In this document: positions 9,124 to 19,605 of the stretch, piece after piece
How positions within the stretch are numbered: the first letter of the stretch is position 1
Layout: the number at the start of each line of letters is the position of its first letter
Assembly (NCBI GenBank): GCA_963719495.1
Contig: CAVRCI010000002.1
Location: 512,001-576,000 of the forward strand
Source of the DNA: an uncultured Verrucomicrobiae bacterium
GTDB lineage: Bacteria; Verrucomicrobiota; Verrucomicrobiia; Chthoniobacterales; JAATET01
Direction of reading: 5' to 3'
DNA length: 64,000 nt
The notes under the pieces: generated by a model
Seen by the model: the letters and a program-made list of their open reading frames with translations, nothing else
What the model was told of the DNA's origin: nothing
Databases searched by the model: none
Translations under genes and position numbers: made by a program

Positions 9124-12100
9124 ATGAAGACATTTAGCATTCGCGTTTCCCTCGGCGCTGCCGCGGCCTTAGCCATCTCGGTCGTCACCCTCTCCGCGCA
9201 GACGGTCACTTATCCACGCGTCATCGACTCCGGTATGGCGACGCCGAAGATCCTGTCGATCACGGTCCAGGACGCGACGGTTATCGCGGAGCCGACTTAC
9301 GATTTGTTCTCCGGTCGGCGGATGGATCGCGATCTGCTCGACGACAAGACGAGCTACACGGTGACGCGGACGAACGGCAGCGCGCCGACGCTGGTCAACG
9401 TCCGGCGCAAGAGCAAGCCGTGGGGAATCACGGTTCGGGGGACGAGTCTGAACAACGCTCCGGACGGTGTGGACGATGCGAAGCGTTCGCCGTTTCGCCA
9501 CGAGATTCTGTTCGAGTTCGACCGGGTGATTCAGCCGGGGGAGGATTTGCGGATCACGTTCGCCGATCCTGCCATCGGGCAGGTTGCGTTCAATTTTGAG
9601 CAGAAGAGCCGACGGAGTCCGACGATCCACTCGAGCCACATCGGGTGGCGTCCGGCGGATCCGGCGAAGCTGGCCGAGCTATCGTTCTGGCTGCCGGCGG
9701 GATCGAACTACGGCATCTACGACATCGCGCAGGATTTTCCGGGCGGGACGATTCCGAATTTTCAAATCATTCGCGCGGACAATGGCCAGACCGTCGGCGT
9801 GTCGGGGCCGGTGCAACTCTGGGTCGATCCCTACGTGAAGGATGGCGAGAACAATCCGGATTGGTATGAGACGCGGCCCAATGGATCGGGCGAAGTTTCC
9901 TACGCCTACGATCCGAGCGCGGCTTATGGCTTGGGGAATCCGTTGCCGGACGAGAACTTCTGGGTCGAGCGCGAGAACGGCACCGGGCCGATCAAAGCGG
10001 TGAAGCTGAACCCCGCGAAAACTTTCGTCTATCGAATCGATCTCTCGGCGTTGACGACTCCGGGCGAATACAAAATTTACATCCCCGGCCTCGGCGTGTC
10101 CTACCCTTTCACCATCGACAACCGGATCTGGCGGGACGTGGCGAACGTCACGCTGGGCGGACTCTACAATCATCGCAAAGGGACCGCCCTTCAGGGGTGG
10201 CGGCACGGCTACAACCGCCCGCGTGCCTTTCATCCGGCGGAGGGTTCCGTCTTCGAACTCACGAGCGTTCCGCACATTTTCCACGGCGAGGCACCGATCT
10301 CCGGCTTCGCGGGAATCGGAATCAACGACGCCTACAACCTTTACCGCACGGGCGGGACGCTGAATTCGGCTTGGGGTGGCTGGATGGACGCGGGGGATTG
10401 GGACAACCGGATTCAGCACGCCGAGATCGTCTACACGCTGCTTGATCTCTACGAAATCATCCCGGGATACTTCGATAATTCGGGCAATCAATTCTCGCTG
10501 CCGGATTCCGAAAGCGTCCTGCCCGATCCGATCCCGGGTGGCAGTCACGACTACGCGAACCTACCCGCCATCGTGGACGAAGCGGTGTGGGGAATCGATT
10601 TCTGGCGGCGGAGCCAGGTCACTTCGGGCGCGGAAAAGGGCGCGATCTATCCGGCGGTCGAGCACGCGAATTTCGGCGGCGACACGCCGAGTTGGCAGAC
10701 GACGAGCAACATCTACGTGCTGGCGCCCGACCCGGTGAGCAATTTTACCTACGCCACCATTGCGGCGAAGGCGGCCATCGTGCTGGGGAAATTCAATCCC
10801 GCTCTTCAGACGCTCTACCGCACGTCGGCCATCGACGCGTTCGATTGGGCCGAGGACAACGCCTGGCAGAACGGGATCTACACCGATGGGTCGGCGGCCA
10901 GCGTGAGCGACTCGTTCATGCAGTGGCTCGAGGATTGGTATACGAATCACAAATTTCCGGGCGACGCTCCGAAGATCGCGTCCGAGCTCGCCAAGGCTCG
11001 GACGAAGATCGCGGAATCGCTGGTCGAGCAGCGGTTCAGCGCGGCGGGGACGTTGTATCGGCTGACGGGAGACTCCACCTACCGGGACATCGTCGAGGCG
11101 ACGACCTCGATCCCGGCGGACAAGACGAGCGCGGAGTTGGACGCTTGGGAATTGTTTGGCCATTGGGAGGTCTTCCTCACGCGGAACCAGTCCGTGGCTG
11201 TCTACGACAAGATCGCGCCGAGCCTGATCCGCTCGTCCTACAGCTACTTCGTCGAGCCCGCGCTCACGCGCTACGGTTTTGGCAATAGTCGGCACAACTG
11301 GACGAGCCTCGACTGGGGCAACGGCGTGGTGCCGCGTCTGCAGAGCATTTCGATGATCCGTGGGATGCTGGTCGATCCGGGGTTCGAGGACGATTATCTG
11401 GGGGCCATCGGCACGGGATTGTCGTTCGTGCTCGGCGGGAATCAGGTCAACAAGTCGCTGACGACCGGCCTGGGCTACGACACGGTGCGCTGGGTGCTGC
11501 ACGCCGACTCGGGCCGGGAGGGGACGCCGCCGCCCGATGGAGTTTCCATCTACGGGTTCTCGCGGGCCGAGCAGTTTACGTTCAATCGGTGGGGATCGCT
11601 CTTCAACTCCGAGCCGTTCTCGGATCTCTACGACAAGTATCTCACGGACCCGACCGCGGTCGTGGAAACGAGCCGCTCGATTTATCCCGACAAAACGACC
11701 TGGCCCGCGTGGGAGAATCTCGTCGAGCACCGCGGAGTCGTTCATCACATGGAATACACGGTCCAGCAGATGATGCCGATGTTCGCGCTCTCGAGTTTCC
11801 TGGATTCGTTGGCGGGCGGAAACGTCCTGCCGCCCTTGCCACCAGCGGGCTACGCGAATGTCCCGACCTACTCCGGTTCGACCGGTGGAGGCGGCGGCGG
11901 TGGCGGTGGCACCGGCTCGCCGGGCACGACGACAGTGGAGGCGGAACTCGGGGCCGTCGGCGGCGGCACCGTGATTCAATCGAACAACGCGGGCTACAAC
12001 GGCACGGGCTACGTGAATTTCTCTGGCAACGGCGGGTTCCTGGAGTTCACGAACGTCGATGGTGGCAGCGGTGGGACGGCGCAGATGGTCATCCGATATG

Positions 12101-12750
12101 CCTTGGGCAACAGCCCGCGGACGGTAAATCTCATCGTGAATGGCGCGACCCAATCGCTCACGTTTCCAGGCACCGGCGGCTGGACGATCTGGAGCGATTT
12201 GACGGTGCCGATTGCACTGAATGCCGGTGCGGGCAATACGGTGCGAATTCAGAGCACGGGACAGGACGCCGGCAACGTCGATTCGGTCACGTTCGACGTG
12301 CCGCAGGTGATTGTGCCGGTGCTGACACGGGTCGAGGCCGAGGATTACGTCGCCTTTTCCGACACGACGACGGCGAATCAAGGCGGCGCGAATTACCGCA
12401 ACGACGCGGTCGACATTCAGACCACGACCGACGCGGGGGGAGGCTACAACGTCGGCTACATCGTCTCCGGCGAATGGCTCGAATACGACCTCGGCGCATC
12501 GCCCGGCGGCACGATGGATCTCAAGTTCCGCGTGGCGACCACGAAATCCGCGCGGCAGTTCGAGGTTCGGATCAACGGGTCGTCCGTCGGGACCGTCAAC
12601 GTGCCTTACACCGGGGGGTGGCAGACCTTTGCCGACGTCGAGCTGAACGACGTGACACTCCCGGCCTCCGGCAACCTGACGCTCCGCGTGCAGGCGACGA
12701 CGTCGAGTTGGAACTTCAACTGGTTCGAGATGCTGACGCCCGGGTCCTGA
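9124..12750 (+). CDS. Secreted GH9 glycoside hydrolase with Ig-like domain, Gly-rich linker, CBM35-like and CBM6-like modules
   Basis: Signal peptide from ATG 9124; GGWMDAGDWD; C-terminal HHMEYTVQQ; GGGGGGG linker; EAELG...GYNGTGYVNF and EAEDY...GGYNVGYIVSGEWLEY...TGGWQ. Confidence 0.85.
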   Translation: MKTFSIRVSLGAAAALAISVVTLSAQTVTYPRVIDSGMATPKILSITVQDATVIAEPTYDLFSGRRMDRDLLDDKTSYTVTRTNGSAPTLVNVRRKSKPWGITVRGTSLNNAPDGVDDAKRSPFRHEILFEFDRVIQPGEDLRITFADPAIGQVAFNFEQKSRRSPTIHSSHIGWRPADPAKLAELSFWLPAGSNYGIYDIAQDFPGGTIPNFQIIRADNGQTVGVSGPVQLWVDPYVKDGENNPDWYETRPNGSGEVSYAYDPSAAYGLGNPLPDENFWVERENGTGPIKAVKLNPAKTFVYRIDLSALTTPGEYKIYIPGLGVSYPFTIDNRIWRDVANVTLGGLYNHRKGTALQGWRHGYNRPRAFHPAEGSVFELTSVPHIFHGEAPISGFAGIGINDAYNLYRTGGTLNSAWGGWMDAGDWDNRIQHAEIVYTLLDLYEIIPGYFDNSGNQFSLPDSESVLPDPIPGGSHDYANLPAIVDEAVWGIDFWRRSQVTSGAEKGAIYPAVEHANFGGDTPSWQTTSNIYVLAPDPVSNFTYATIAAKAAIVLGKFNPALQTLYRTSAIDAFDWAEDNAWQNGIYTDGSAASVSDSFMQWLEDWYTNHKFPGDAPKIASELAKARTKIAESLVEQRFSAAGTLYRLTGDSTYRDIVEATTSIPADKTSAELDAWELFGHWEVFLTRNQSVAVYDKIAPSLIRSSYSYFVEPALTRYGFGNSRHNWTSLDWGNGVVPRLQSISMIRGMLVDPGFEDDYLGAIGTGLSFVLGGNQVNKSLTTGLGYDTVRWVLHADSGREGTPPPDGVSIYGFSRAEQFTFNRWGSLFNSEPFSDLYDKYLTDPTAVVETSRSIYPDKTTWPAWENLVEHRGVVHHMEYTVQQMMPMFALSSFLDSLAGGNVLPPLPPAGYANVPTYSGSTGGGGGGGGGTGSPGTTTVEAELGAVGGGTVIQSNNAGYNGTGYVNFSGNGGFLEFTNVDGGSGGTAQMVIRYALGNSPRTVNLIVNGATQSLTFPGTGGWTIWSDLTVPIALNAGAGNTVRIQSTGQDAGNVDSVTFDVPQVIVPVLTRVEAEDYVAFSDTTTANQGGANYRNDAVDIQTTTDAGGGYNVGYIVSGEWLEYDLGASPGGTMDLKFRVATTKSARQFEVRINGSSVGTVNVPYTGGWQTFADVELNDVTLPASGNLTLRVQATTSSWNFNWFEMLTPGS

Positions 12751-12783
12751 CGGGTGGGCGGCTCTCGACTTCGCGCAGGTAAG

Positions 12784-12795
12784 ATAACGGCTTAT
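12784..12795 (+). promoter_or_regulatory. Candidate operator ATAACGGCTTAT (copy 2)
   Basis: Exact motif copy upstream of the GH2 gene. Confidence 0.6.
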
Positions 12796-12874
12796 CCTGA
12801 GCGGGCGAGTCCCGCGGCGGGTTTCGGTTGGTTGCCGAGGCCCGGTGGTTTTTATCGTTGCTCCTTATTTTACC

Positions 12875-14626
12875 ATGACTCCATCTGATTCCGGCGGCTC
12901 CCGCCTTTTCGCCCAGCATTCCATCCGCACGGTTCGATCGCTCGACGGCGATTGGACTCTGCACGTCCCGCGCGGGTCGGCGACGCTCGATCCGCTGGCT
13001 TGGGGGGAGGCGGAGCGGACGTTCGCTTACCCGGTGCCGAGCGTGTGGGAGAACATCCCGGAACTGGTGAATTATCGGGGCCACGCCGTGGCGCGGCGGA
13101 CGTTCACGCTGGCCGAGGCGGGCCGGACGCGGTTGGTCTTCAAGGGGGCCAGTCACACGGCGCGGGTCTTCGTCGACGGGCGCCAGATCGGCGGGCACCA
13201 CAATGCCTACACGCCCTTCGCGCTCGACGCCGGGGAGCTGGCGGCGGGCGAGCACGAACTCGTTGTCCATTTGTCGAACGAACACGGCGACGCGTCGGCG
13301 TTGCACGTGTCGAACGATTACTACAACTACGGCGGACTCACGCGTCCGGTGGAACTGCACGTTCTGCGCGGGGACTGCGCGATCCGGTTCGTTCACTTCA
13401 CTCCGGCGGGCGGGGTGGGGAATTGGTCGGGACGATTCGACGTGGCGGTGGAAAATTTCGGCGCGCCGACGCGGGGGGATCTGGTCGTCGAGTTGGCGGG
13501 TCAGACGCTGCGGTTGGACAACGTGGATATGGCGAGCGGGGAGACGCTCTTTTCGATGGACGGGGAATTTCCGGGAGCCGAGCCGTGGTCGTCGGATCAC
13601 CCGAAGCTCTATCGCCTGACGGCGACGCTGTCGGTCGGTGGCGAGGCGGTGGATGATTGGGGTGATCGGACGGGATTTCGCACGGTTGTCACGGACGGCG
13701 AGCGGTTGCTTCTCAATGGCGAGCCGGTGTTTCTCCAGGGATTCAATCGTCACGAGGACCATGCGGACCACGGGTGTGCGCTGCCGTTGTCGGCGCTGGT
13801 CGCGGACGTCGACACGATGATCGATCTCGGAAGCAACGCGGTGCGCACGAGCCATTACCCGAACGACGAGCGGTTCCTCGACCTGTGCGACGAGCGCGGA
13901 CTCATGGTCTGGGAGGAGAATCACGCCCGCGGCTTGACCCCCGAGCAGATGCGGCATCCGCGCTTTCGGGATCAATGCCGCAATTGCAATGCCGAGATGA
14001 TCGAGTGGCACTACAACCATCCGTCGATCCTGCTGTGGGGCATTCTCAACGAATGCGCCAGCCACACCGAGGAGGGGGCCGCGATGTATGCCGAGCAATT
14101 CGAGCAAATCAAGGCGCTCGACGCGAGCCGCCGGACGACCTTCGCGAGCTGTCATCCTGGAAATGACCTCTGTTTGGAAATGCCGGACGTCTGCGGATTC
14201 AACTGGTATCACAATTGGTACAGCTCGCACGAGGTGCTGGCCTGTTTCGAGCACGGGTTGCCGGGAGTGGACGGTCGGGGCGCGGCGGGCAAGCCGATGA
14301 TCGCGAGCGAATTCGGCGGCGGGGCGATCCCGGGCTACCACGATCCGGTGCGCCGGGCGAAGTGGTCGGAGGAGCGGCAGTGTGACGTGCTGGAGGAATG
14401 TCTCGACGTGTATCTCAAACACCCGCGGCTAGTTGGTTCGTTCATCTGGCAATTCTGCGACGTGCGCGTCGACGAAGGCTGGGCGATGGGACGTCCCCGC
14501 ACGATGAACAACAAGGGAGTCGTCGACGAACACCGCCGCCCCAAGCTGTCCTATGACGTGGTCAAGCGGCTGCACGAGGCGAAGTCGGTGGTCCGGCCAG
14601 CGGCGAAGCCGCTGCCGGTCGGCTGA
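12875..14626 (+). CDS. GH2 beta-glucuronidase/beta-galactosidase
   Basis: NYGGLTRPV, GFNRHED, RTSHYP, NHPSILLWGILNE (acid/base), SEFG (nucleophile), NNKG. Confidence 0.92.
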   Translation: MTPSDSGGSRLFAQHSIRTVRSLDGDWTLHVPRGSATLDPLAWGEAERTFAYPVPSVWENIPELVNYRGHAVARRTFTLAEAGRTRLVFKGASHTARVFVDGRQIGGHHNAYTPFALDAGELAAGEHELVVHLSNEHGDASALHVSNDYYNYGGLTRPVELHVLRGDCAIRFVHFTPAGGVGNWSGRFDVAVENFGAPTRGDLVVELAGQTLRLDNVDMASGETLFSMDGEFPGAEPWSSDHPKLYRLTATLSVGGEAVDDWGDRTGFRTVVTDGERLLLNGEPVFLQGFNRHEDHADHGCALPLSALVADVDTMIDLGSNAVRTSHYPNDERFLDLCDERGLMVWEENHARGLTPEQMRHPRFRDQCRNCNAEMIEWHYNHPSILLWGILNECASHTEEGAAMYAEQFEQIKALDASRRTTFASCHPGNDLCLEMPDVCGFNWYHNWYSSHEVLACFEHGLPGVDGRGAAGKPMIASEFGGGAIPGYHDPVRRAKWSEERQCDVLEECLDVYLKHPRLVGSFIWQFCDVRVDEGWAMGRPRTMNNKGVVDEHRRPKLSYDVVKRLHEAKSVVRPAAKPLPVG

Positions 14627-14633
14627 ATCCCGC

Positions 14634-16985
14634 GTGAAGGCTTGGTCTCCGGGGTGCATCGCGATCGTTGCCGCGTCGCTGTTGGGCCAAGCCCGGGCTG
14701 GCGCTCCGCTCGGCCCGGCGTCGAACCCGGAGTTGCCGGCGGCGATGGATGTTTTCCGTCCGTCGAAGAGCGGGTCGGCGGACGGGCCGCTGATCGCGGA
14801 GTTCACGCGCACGGCGGCTCCGGGCGATAGCGTGACCGCCGCCGGTCCGGGTTTCGGCGAGGGGGTGACGTTCCGCTTCTTCGGACAGACTCAAGCCGCC
14901 GCCGCCGTCTCTCTCGAGCGGGACGCCGTGGTCGCCGACTCGGTCGCGGCAACGGTCGTGGTGCCGGAGGCGCTTCCGCGCTGGTCGACCTACCTGATGT
15001 GGCCCGAGGTCGGTGGGGTTCGCGGGTCGGCGGTTGCGATCAATCGCACGGAGGCTTGGTGGGTCGGTCCCGACGAGGGGATCGCGGGCGAGCGGGCTGC
15101 CGTTTACGGGCGGAATCTCGCCCACGACAATGAGAACGAGCGAGCGTGGATCTTCCTCGAGACAAAGGGCGGTGGGTTAGGGCGGTGGGTGGCCGTGGAT
15201 GCGGTCAATCCGTATCGCGTCGAGTTTCGGATTCCGAAGATCGAGCCGGGCGAATACGGGGTCTGGGCGCACAACGGACACGGCGGCGACTGGGGGTGGA
15301 GTGGGCCATTGCGCCTGACGATCCTGGCGCATTCGCCCTGGGCGGGGGCGCGGGAGCGCGTCGTCGACGTGCGGGATCACGGCGCAGTGGGCGACGGAAA
15401 GACGGACGAGACGGCGGCCATTCAGAGCGCCCTCGACGCCGCGACGAAGGTCGCGCCGGCGACCGTCTATTTCCCGGCCGGGATCTACGAAGTGAACGGG
15501 ATGATCGATCTGCGCGACGGCGTGTCGTGGCGGGGGGCGGGCCGGGACGAGACCCTCATCCGGCCGGGCGCGGACTTCGCGTCGGGCGTCGAGCCGTGGT
15601 GGCCCGCCCTCATCTTTTCCGACGCCGAAGCGGTGACCCGGGTCGAATTCGCGGATCTTTCGCTCGAAGGCGCGGGCCGGCTCGGCGGGAAATCGCTGCT
15701 CATCTTTCGTCACCACAAGCACGTTCGGATCACCGACGCCTGCCTCTCGTGGCAGGGCGCGGGTGGGGGCGTGAATCTCGGGTCGAACGATTTTCTCGCG
15801 ATCCGCGGCAGCGAATTCATCGGCGATCAAGTGTTTCTCGGCAACTCCCGGCAGGTGATCGTGCTGGACAACGAATTCCGCCTGACCGATTACGCGCACG
15901 CGGCGCTCATGTCGTGGGGCGGGAGCGAGGTGGCCATCATTGGGAACGGAGCGCGGGATCTCGACGCCTCCGCGTCGTCGATCTTGGGAGTCGGTGCCGG
16001 GCGATTTCTCGTGACGCAGTGTCATCCGGATTCCAATCGGCATTTCTACATTGCCGACAACCGAACGACCGACCTGGCCCCGCCCGTGGGAATCGGAGAC
16101 CCGAATCAGGGTGAGCAGATTCTCTTCGAGACGGGGACGTCCACGTTCGCGGCGCGGCCGCTCGCGGCGACGCCGACGACGGTGACGTTTGCGGAGGACG
16201 TTCCGGTCGCTCGCTCGCAGGACGCGGTGATCGTCGCGGGGAGCGGTGCCGGACAATTCCGCCGGGTGGCGGACGCGGATGGTCGAGCGATCACCGTGAC
16301 GCCGCCGTGGTCGGTGGTGCCCGACGAGACGAGCGTCGTGGGAATCGGTCCCGCCCAGACGCGCTCGGTCGTTTACCGGAACCGGTTCGACGGCAAGGCC
16401 GACTTCGCGGATTACGCGACGGCATCGGTCGCGCTGTCGATGTATGGGAACACGTCGGACGTCATCTTCGCCGGGAACGAGGTGACCGACATACGAAACG
16501 GACTCGTCGACGAATACTCGCAGGTGCCGCGCCCGGAAACGCCGACTCCGAGCGCGTGCTTCTTTAATGTGATCACCGACAACTCGCTGGACCGAAGCCG
16601 GTTTGGGATGCGGATCATGACCGACTACCTGACCGAGGAATCCGCCGGAACGCTCGGACACTTGGGGAATCACTACCGCCGCAACGAGTTTCGCAACCTG
16701 CGGTCGGCGGGGATCTATTTCGGCGGCGACGAGAATGGCCACCCCGGCGGTGATGTGACCCAGAACGTGTTCGAGGAAAATGGTTGGACCGGACTGCCCG
16801 TGGGGATTCGGAACGAAGGTGCGGCGACTCTTTTCGAACGGGTGGTCTTTCGGGCGAATCGTTTCGACGCGGGGAACGTGGATTCCAAGGGATCGCAGCG
16901 AATCGAGGGGGCGGACGCGAGCGTCTCGTGGTGGTGGTCAGGCAACGAGTGGACGGGATTCGAACCCGGCGAACGAGGACCGTAA
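14634..16985 (+). CDS. Secreted right-handed beta-helix protein (Pectate_lyase_3/GH28-related)
   Basis: Signal-like N-terminus from GTG 14634; VDVRDHGAVGDGKTDETAAIQSALD...VYFPAGIY; repeated Asn-ladder strands. Confidence 0.8.
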   Translation: MKAWSPGCIAIVAASLLGQARAGAPLGPASNPELPAAMDVFRPSKSGSADGPLIAEFTRTAAPGDSVTAAGPGFGEGVTFRFFGQTQAAAAVSLERDAVVADSVAATVVVPEALPRWSTYLMWPEVGGVRGSAVAINRTEAWWVGPDEGIAGERAAVYGRNLAHDNENERAWIFLETKGGGLGRWVAVDAVNPYRVEFRIPKIEPGEYGVWAHNGHGGDWGWSGPLRLTILAHSPWAGARERVVDVRDHGAVGDGKTDETAAIQSALDAATKVAPATVYFPAGIYEVNGMIDLRDGVSWRGAGRDETLIRPGADFASGVEPWWPALIFSDAEAVTRVEFADLSLEGAGRLGGKSLLIFRHHKHVRITDACLSWQGAGGGVNLGSNDFLAIRGSEFIGDQVFLGNSRQVIVLDNEFRLTDYAHAALMSWGGSEVAIIGNGARDLDASASSILGVGAGRFLVTQCHPDSNRHFYIADNRTTDLAPPVGIGDPNQGEQILFETGTSTFAARPLAATPTTVTFAEDVPVARSQDAVIVAGSGAGQFRRVADADGRAITVTPPWSVVPDETSVVGIGPAQTRSVVYRNRFDGKADFADYATASVALSMYGNTSDVIFAGNEVTDIRNGLVDEYSQVPRPETPTPSACFFNVITDNSLDRSRFGMRIMTDYLTEESAGTLGHLGNHYRRNEFRNLRSAGIYFGGDENGHPGGDVTQNVFEENGWTGLPVGIRNEGAATLFERVVFRANRFDAGNVDSKGSQRIEGADASVSWWWSGNEWTGFEPGERGP

Positions 16986-17010
16986 AAGCGGTCGAGTCCG
17001 CGAGGCGGAT

Positions 17011-19527
17011 TCAGGCGAGCGCCGTGAAGACCGTGCGGCCCGCGTCTTCGCGCTGGGAGAAAGTTTTCCCACCGCCTTCCACACTCACTTCGCCGGTGAA
17101 CGGGAGGCGGATGGTGGTCACCGTGAGCTGGCCGGAGCGGATGACGAGACGACCGCCGCGCGCGTCGCGGAAGAGCGTGCCGTAGGCTCCGGGGAGGAGA
17201 ACGCACCAGCGCCCGATGGGCAGCGGGAGGGCGGGAGCGATGTCGAGCGTTTCGCCGTCGAAGGTGAGTCCAAGGAAGGCGTTCGGGATCGCGAGGGCGG
17301 ACATGGCACGGTAGTAGTGTCCGCCGAATTCCTGATGGTCCCAGTAGATCCCCCAATCGCGGTGCCGGGCATCGACGTTGCGGATGATCTCCTCGGCGCT
17401 TTCGGGCATCCCAGACTGATAGAGCTGCGCGGCGAAGTTGAGTTCGACGCCGGACCAGCAGGTGTTCGCCTGGTCGACCCAGGTGGCGTCCGCGACCGGA
17501 TGGAGGAATTCGTCGCCGGGCCACTGACAGTTGCGGAGGCCCTGCGCGGGACGGTAGTTCATCGCGAGGATGGTGCGGAGGGCGGTTTGGGCTTTGCCCA
17601 GATCGACGACCGGCGGGAGTCCGAGCTGACGCGCCGCGCCCTCGCCGATGATCTGATCCGTCAAGCAACCGCGGTAGCCGGTCGGGTCGGCATCCTGAGG
17701 CTCCGAGTAGAGATTGAAATAGTCGCCGTTCCACGTGGTCGCCTCGAACGTGCGGCGACCGGACTCGAACTTCTCCTCGTATTCCGCAACGAATTCGGTG
17801 TCGCCCAACTTCCGGGCCACCATCAGCGCCGCCGCCACGCCGGCGAGCCATTGCGTGACGACGAACGGGGCGACGCCGTGCATCGGGAAGTTGTCGTAGG
17901 AGCACATGATGCCGCGCATGTCCGGGAGGTTGTCGCCGTTGGCGTCGCGCTCGCGCAGGACGTAAGCGAGGGCACGCTTTACCGGTGGCCAGACGCGGGC
18001 GAGATAGGCGTCGTCACCGCTCCAGAGCGCGGCGCGCAGCGCCTGGAAAACGAATTGGGCGGGCATGTCGAGGCGGTGACCGCTGGCCTCCTTCGGCGTG
18101 ACGTGGCGGGAATTGCAATTGATCGAATGCACGACCGAGCCGTCCGGATTCTGAAATTTGATCCAGAGGTCGACGGTCATCCGGTCGAGTTCGGGAAAGA
18201 GGAGGCTCGTTGCGATCTGGCCATACATGGCGACGTCCGTCGTTGCGATACCCGCGAAGGATTTTTGGGGACTGAGTCCTTCGAGAATCCCGAACATGCC
18301 GGTGCGCGTCAGCCACGTGCTGGTGCGGAAGGTGTTCAGGTGCGAATTGACCTGATCGAGCACGAACCCCGGCAGGCTGCTGTCGAAAAAGGTGAGGTGA
18401 AACGCCGTCGTCTCGTCGAGAAGACGGTCGTGCTCGTTCTGCGCGTAGCGGGCGACGGACTCGGAGTCGGCGAAGAAATTCTCGTAGTAATGACCCTCGA
18501 GCGGCGCGGCCTCGTGCTCGGGAGGCGGCTCGGCATCGGGACTCGCGGCGGGGTCGGCTCCCGGGAAGGCCGCGTCCTCGAGGTATCCGGCGGCAATGTG
18601 CGGGTCGTCGACGGCGTGGGCGTAGTTGTTCGGAAAGTGCCAGGCGAGCGCGAACGTGTGGCGCGCCGTGTCGCCGCGACGCGCGAGCGGACGCCGGACG
18701 CCCAGCGTGACGAAGCAGCGGGGGTCGGCGCGGTGGCGCCCGGTCGTGGAATCCAACCGGTTGCGATTTTCCGTATCCTCGATCTCCGGCAGCGTCGGCT
18801 CCCGCAACACGCGTTCGTAATACGGGTGGTGATGTTCCCAGCCGAGGTAGGCCGTGGTGTCCGCGTCGAAGGACGCGAGCGTGACCGACCCGGTCGTCGA
18901 GGCGGTCGGGTCGAGGTCGTCGTTCTCCATGACGACCGCTGAGAACGCGCCGTCGCGCACCCGGCGGTTCCGGTAGGTGCGGTCCAGCTGATCGTAGCCC
19001 ACGGCGTTGCGCGCGGAGGCGAGGATCTCAAGGTCGACCGGCCGGTCCGAAATCGACGTAATTGTGAAATCGAAGAACGCCAGCGGCAGCGCCGAATCCT
19101 TGACGTTGCCGGGAATGAACGATGACCAGGCCCGCAGCGCAATCCGCAGCGGCACCCCGGAGTGCTCGAATTCGAGATCGGCGAACGGCACGCTCGCAGT
19201 CAGACGAACGGTGTCCACCCCGCTGAGCCACGGAAAGATGTATTGGAACTCGTGATGATCGATCCCGGCGGCACCCTGCCCGTCCTCGATCTGTAGCAGC
19301 ACGAGCCGCGGGTCCTCGCTCTCGACCGCGACGCGCAGGACGAAGAAAAGCGTCTGCTTCGGATTGAACGGGTAGGGGGCTCCCGCGAATTGCGGGCGGT
19401 TATTGAAAATCTGCCAATTCGCGAACCCACCGTCCTGCCGGATTTCGAAGCCCCCGGTTCCGATCCCGCCGAGGGCCATCCCGGCGCGCGGGAGTTGGGA
19501 TCGGTGCGTGTGGAGGGAAAGCGGCAT
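17011..19527 (-). CDS. GH116 beta-glucosidase (non-lysosomal glucosylceramidase family)
   Basis: GMALGGIGTG, TTDV, DANGDNLPD, SYD, LTDQIIG, CWSGVE, GHYYRAMS. Confidence 0.9.
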   Translation of the reverse strand: MPLSLHTHRSQLPRAGMALGGIGTGGFEIRQDGGFANWQIFNNRPQFAGAPYPFNPKQTLFFVLRVAVESEDPRLVLLQIEDGQGAAGIDHHEFQYIFPWLSGVDTVRLTASVPFADLEFEHSGVPLRIALRAWSSFIPGNVKDSALPLAFFDFTITSISDRPVDLEILASARNAVGYDQLDRTYRNRRVRDGAFSAVVMENDDLDPTASTTGSVTLASFDADTTAYLGWEHHHPYYERVLREPTLPEIEDTENRNRLDSTTGRHRADPRCFVTLGVRRPLARRGDTARHTFALAWHFPNNYAHAVDDPHIAAGYLEDAAFPGADPAASPDAEPPPEHEAAPLEGHYYENFFADSESVARYAQNEHDRLLDETTAFHLTFFDSSLPGFVLDQVNSHLNTFRTSTWLTRTGMFGILEGLSPQKSFAGIATTDVAMYGQIATSLLFPELDRMTVDLWIKFQNPDGSVVHSINCNSRHVTPKEASGHRLDMPAQFVFQALRAALWSGDDAYLARVWPPVKRALAYVLRERDANGDNLPDMRGIMCSYDNFPMHGVAPFVVTQWLAGVAAALMVARKLGDTEFVAEYEEKFESGRRTFEATTWNGDYFNLYSEPQDADPTGYRGCLTDQIIGEGAARQLGLPPVVDLGKAQTALRTILAMNYRPAQGLRNCQWPGDEFLHPVADATWVDQANTCWSGVELNFAAQLYQSGMPESAEEIIRNVDARHRDWGIYWDHQEFGGHYYRAMSALAIPNAFLGLTFDGETLDIAPALPLPIGRWCVLLPGAYGTLFRDARGGRLVIRSGQLTVTTIRLPFTGEVSVEGGGKTFSQREDAGRTVFTALA

Positions 19528-19594
19528 GGCGACAGGCTCAAGATGCGGTCGACAGCCTTTCCAGCTCGCAAAATGGAGCAATATTTGTCCGGCT

Positions 19595-19605
19595 TAAGCC
19601 GTTAT
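19595..19605 (-). promoter_or_regulatory. Candidate operator ATAACGGCTTA (copy 3)
   Basis: taagccgttat on the + strand; upstream of the minus-strand GH116 gene. Confidence 0.6.

Noticed and set aside
11885..11912. GGC/GGT tandem repeat
   Set aside because: Encodes the poly-Gly linker between the GH9 and CBM modules.
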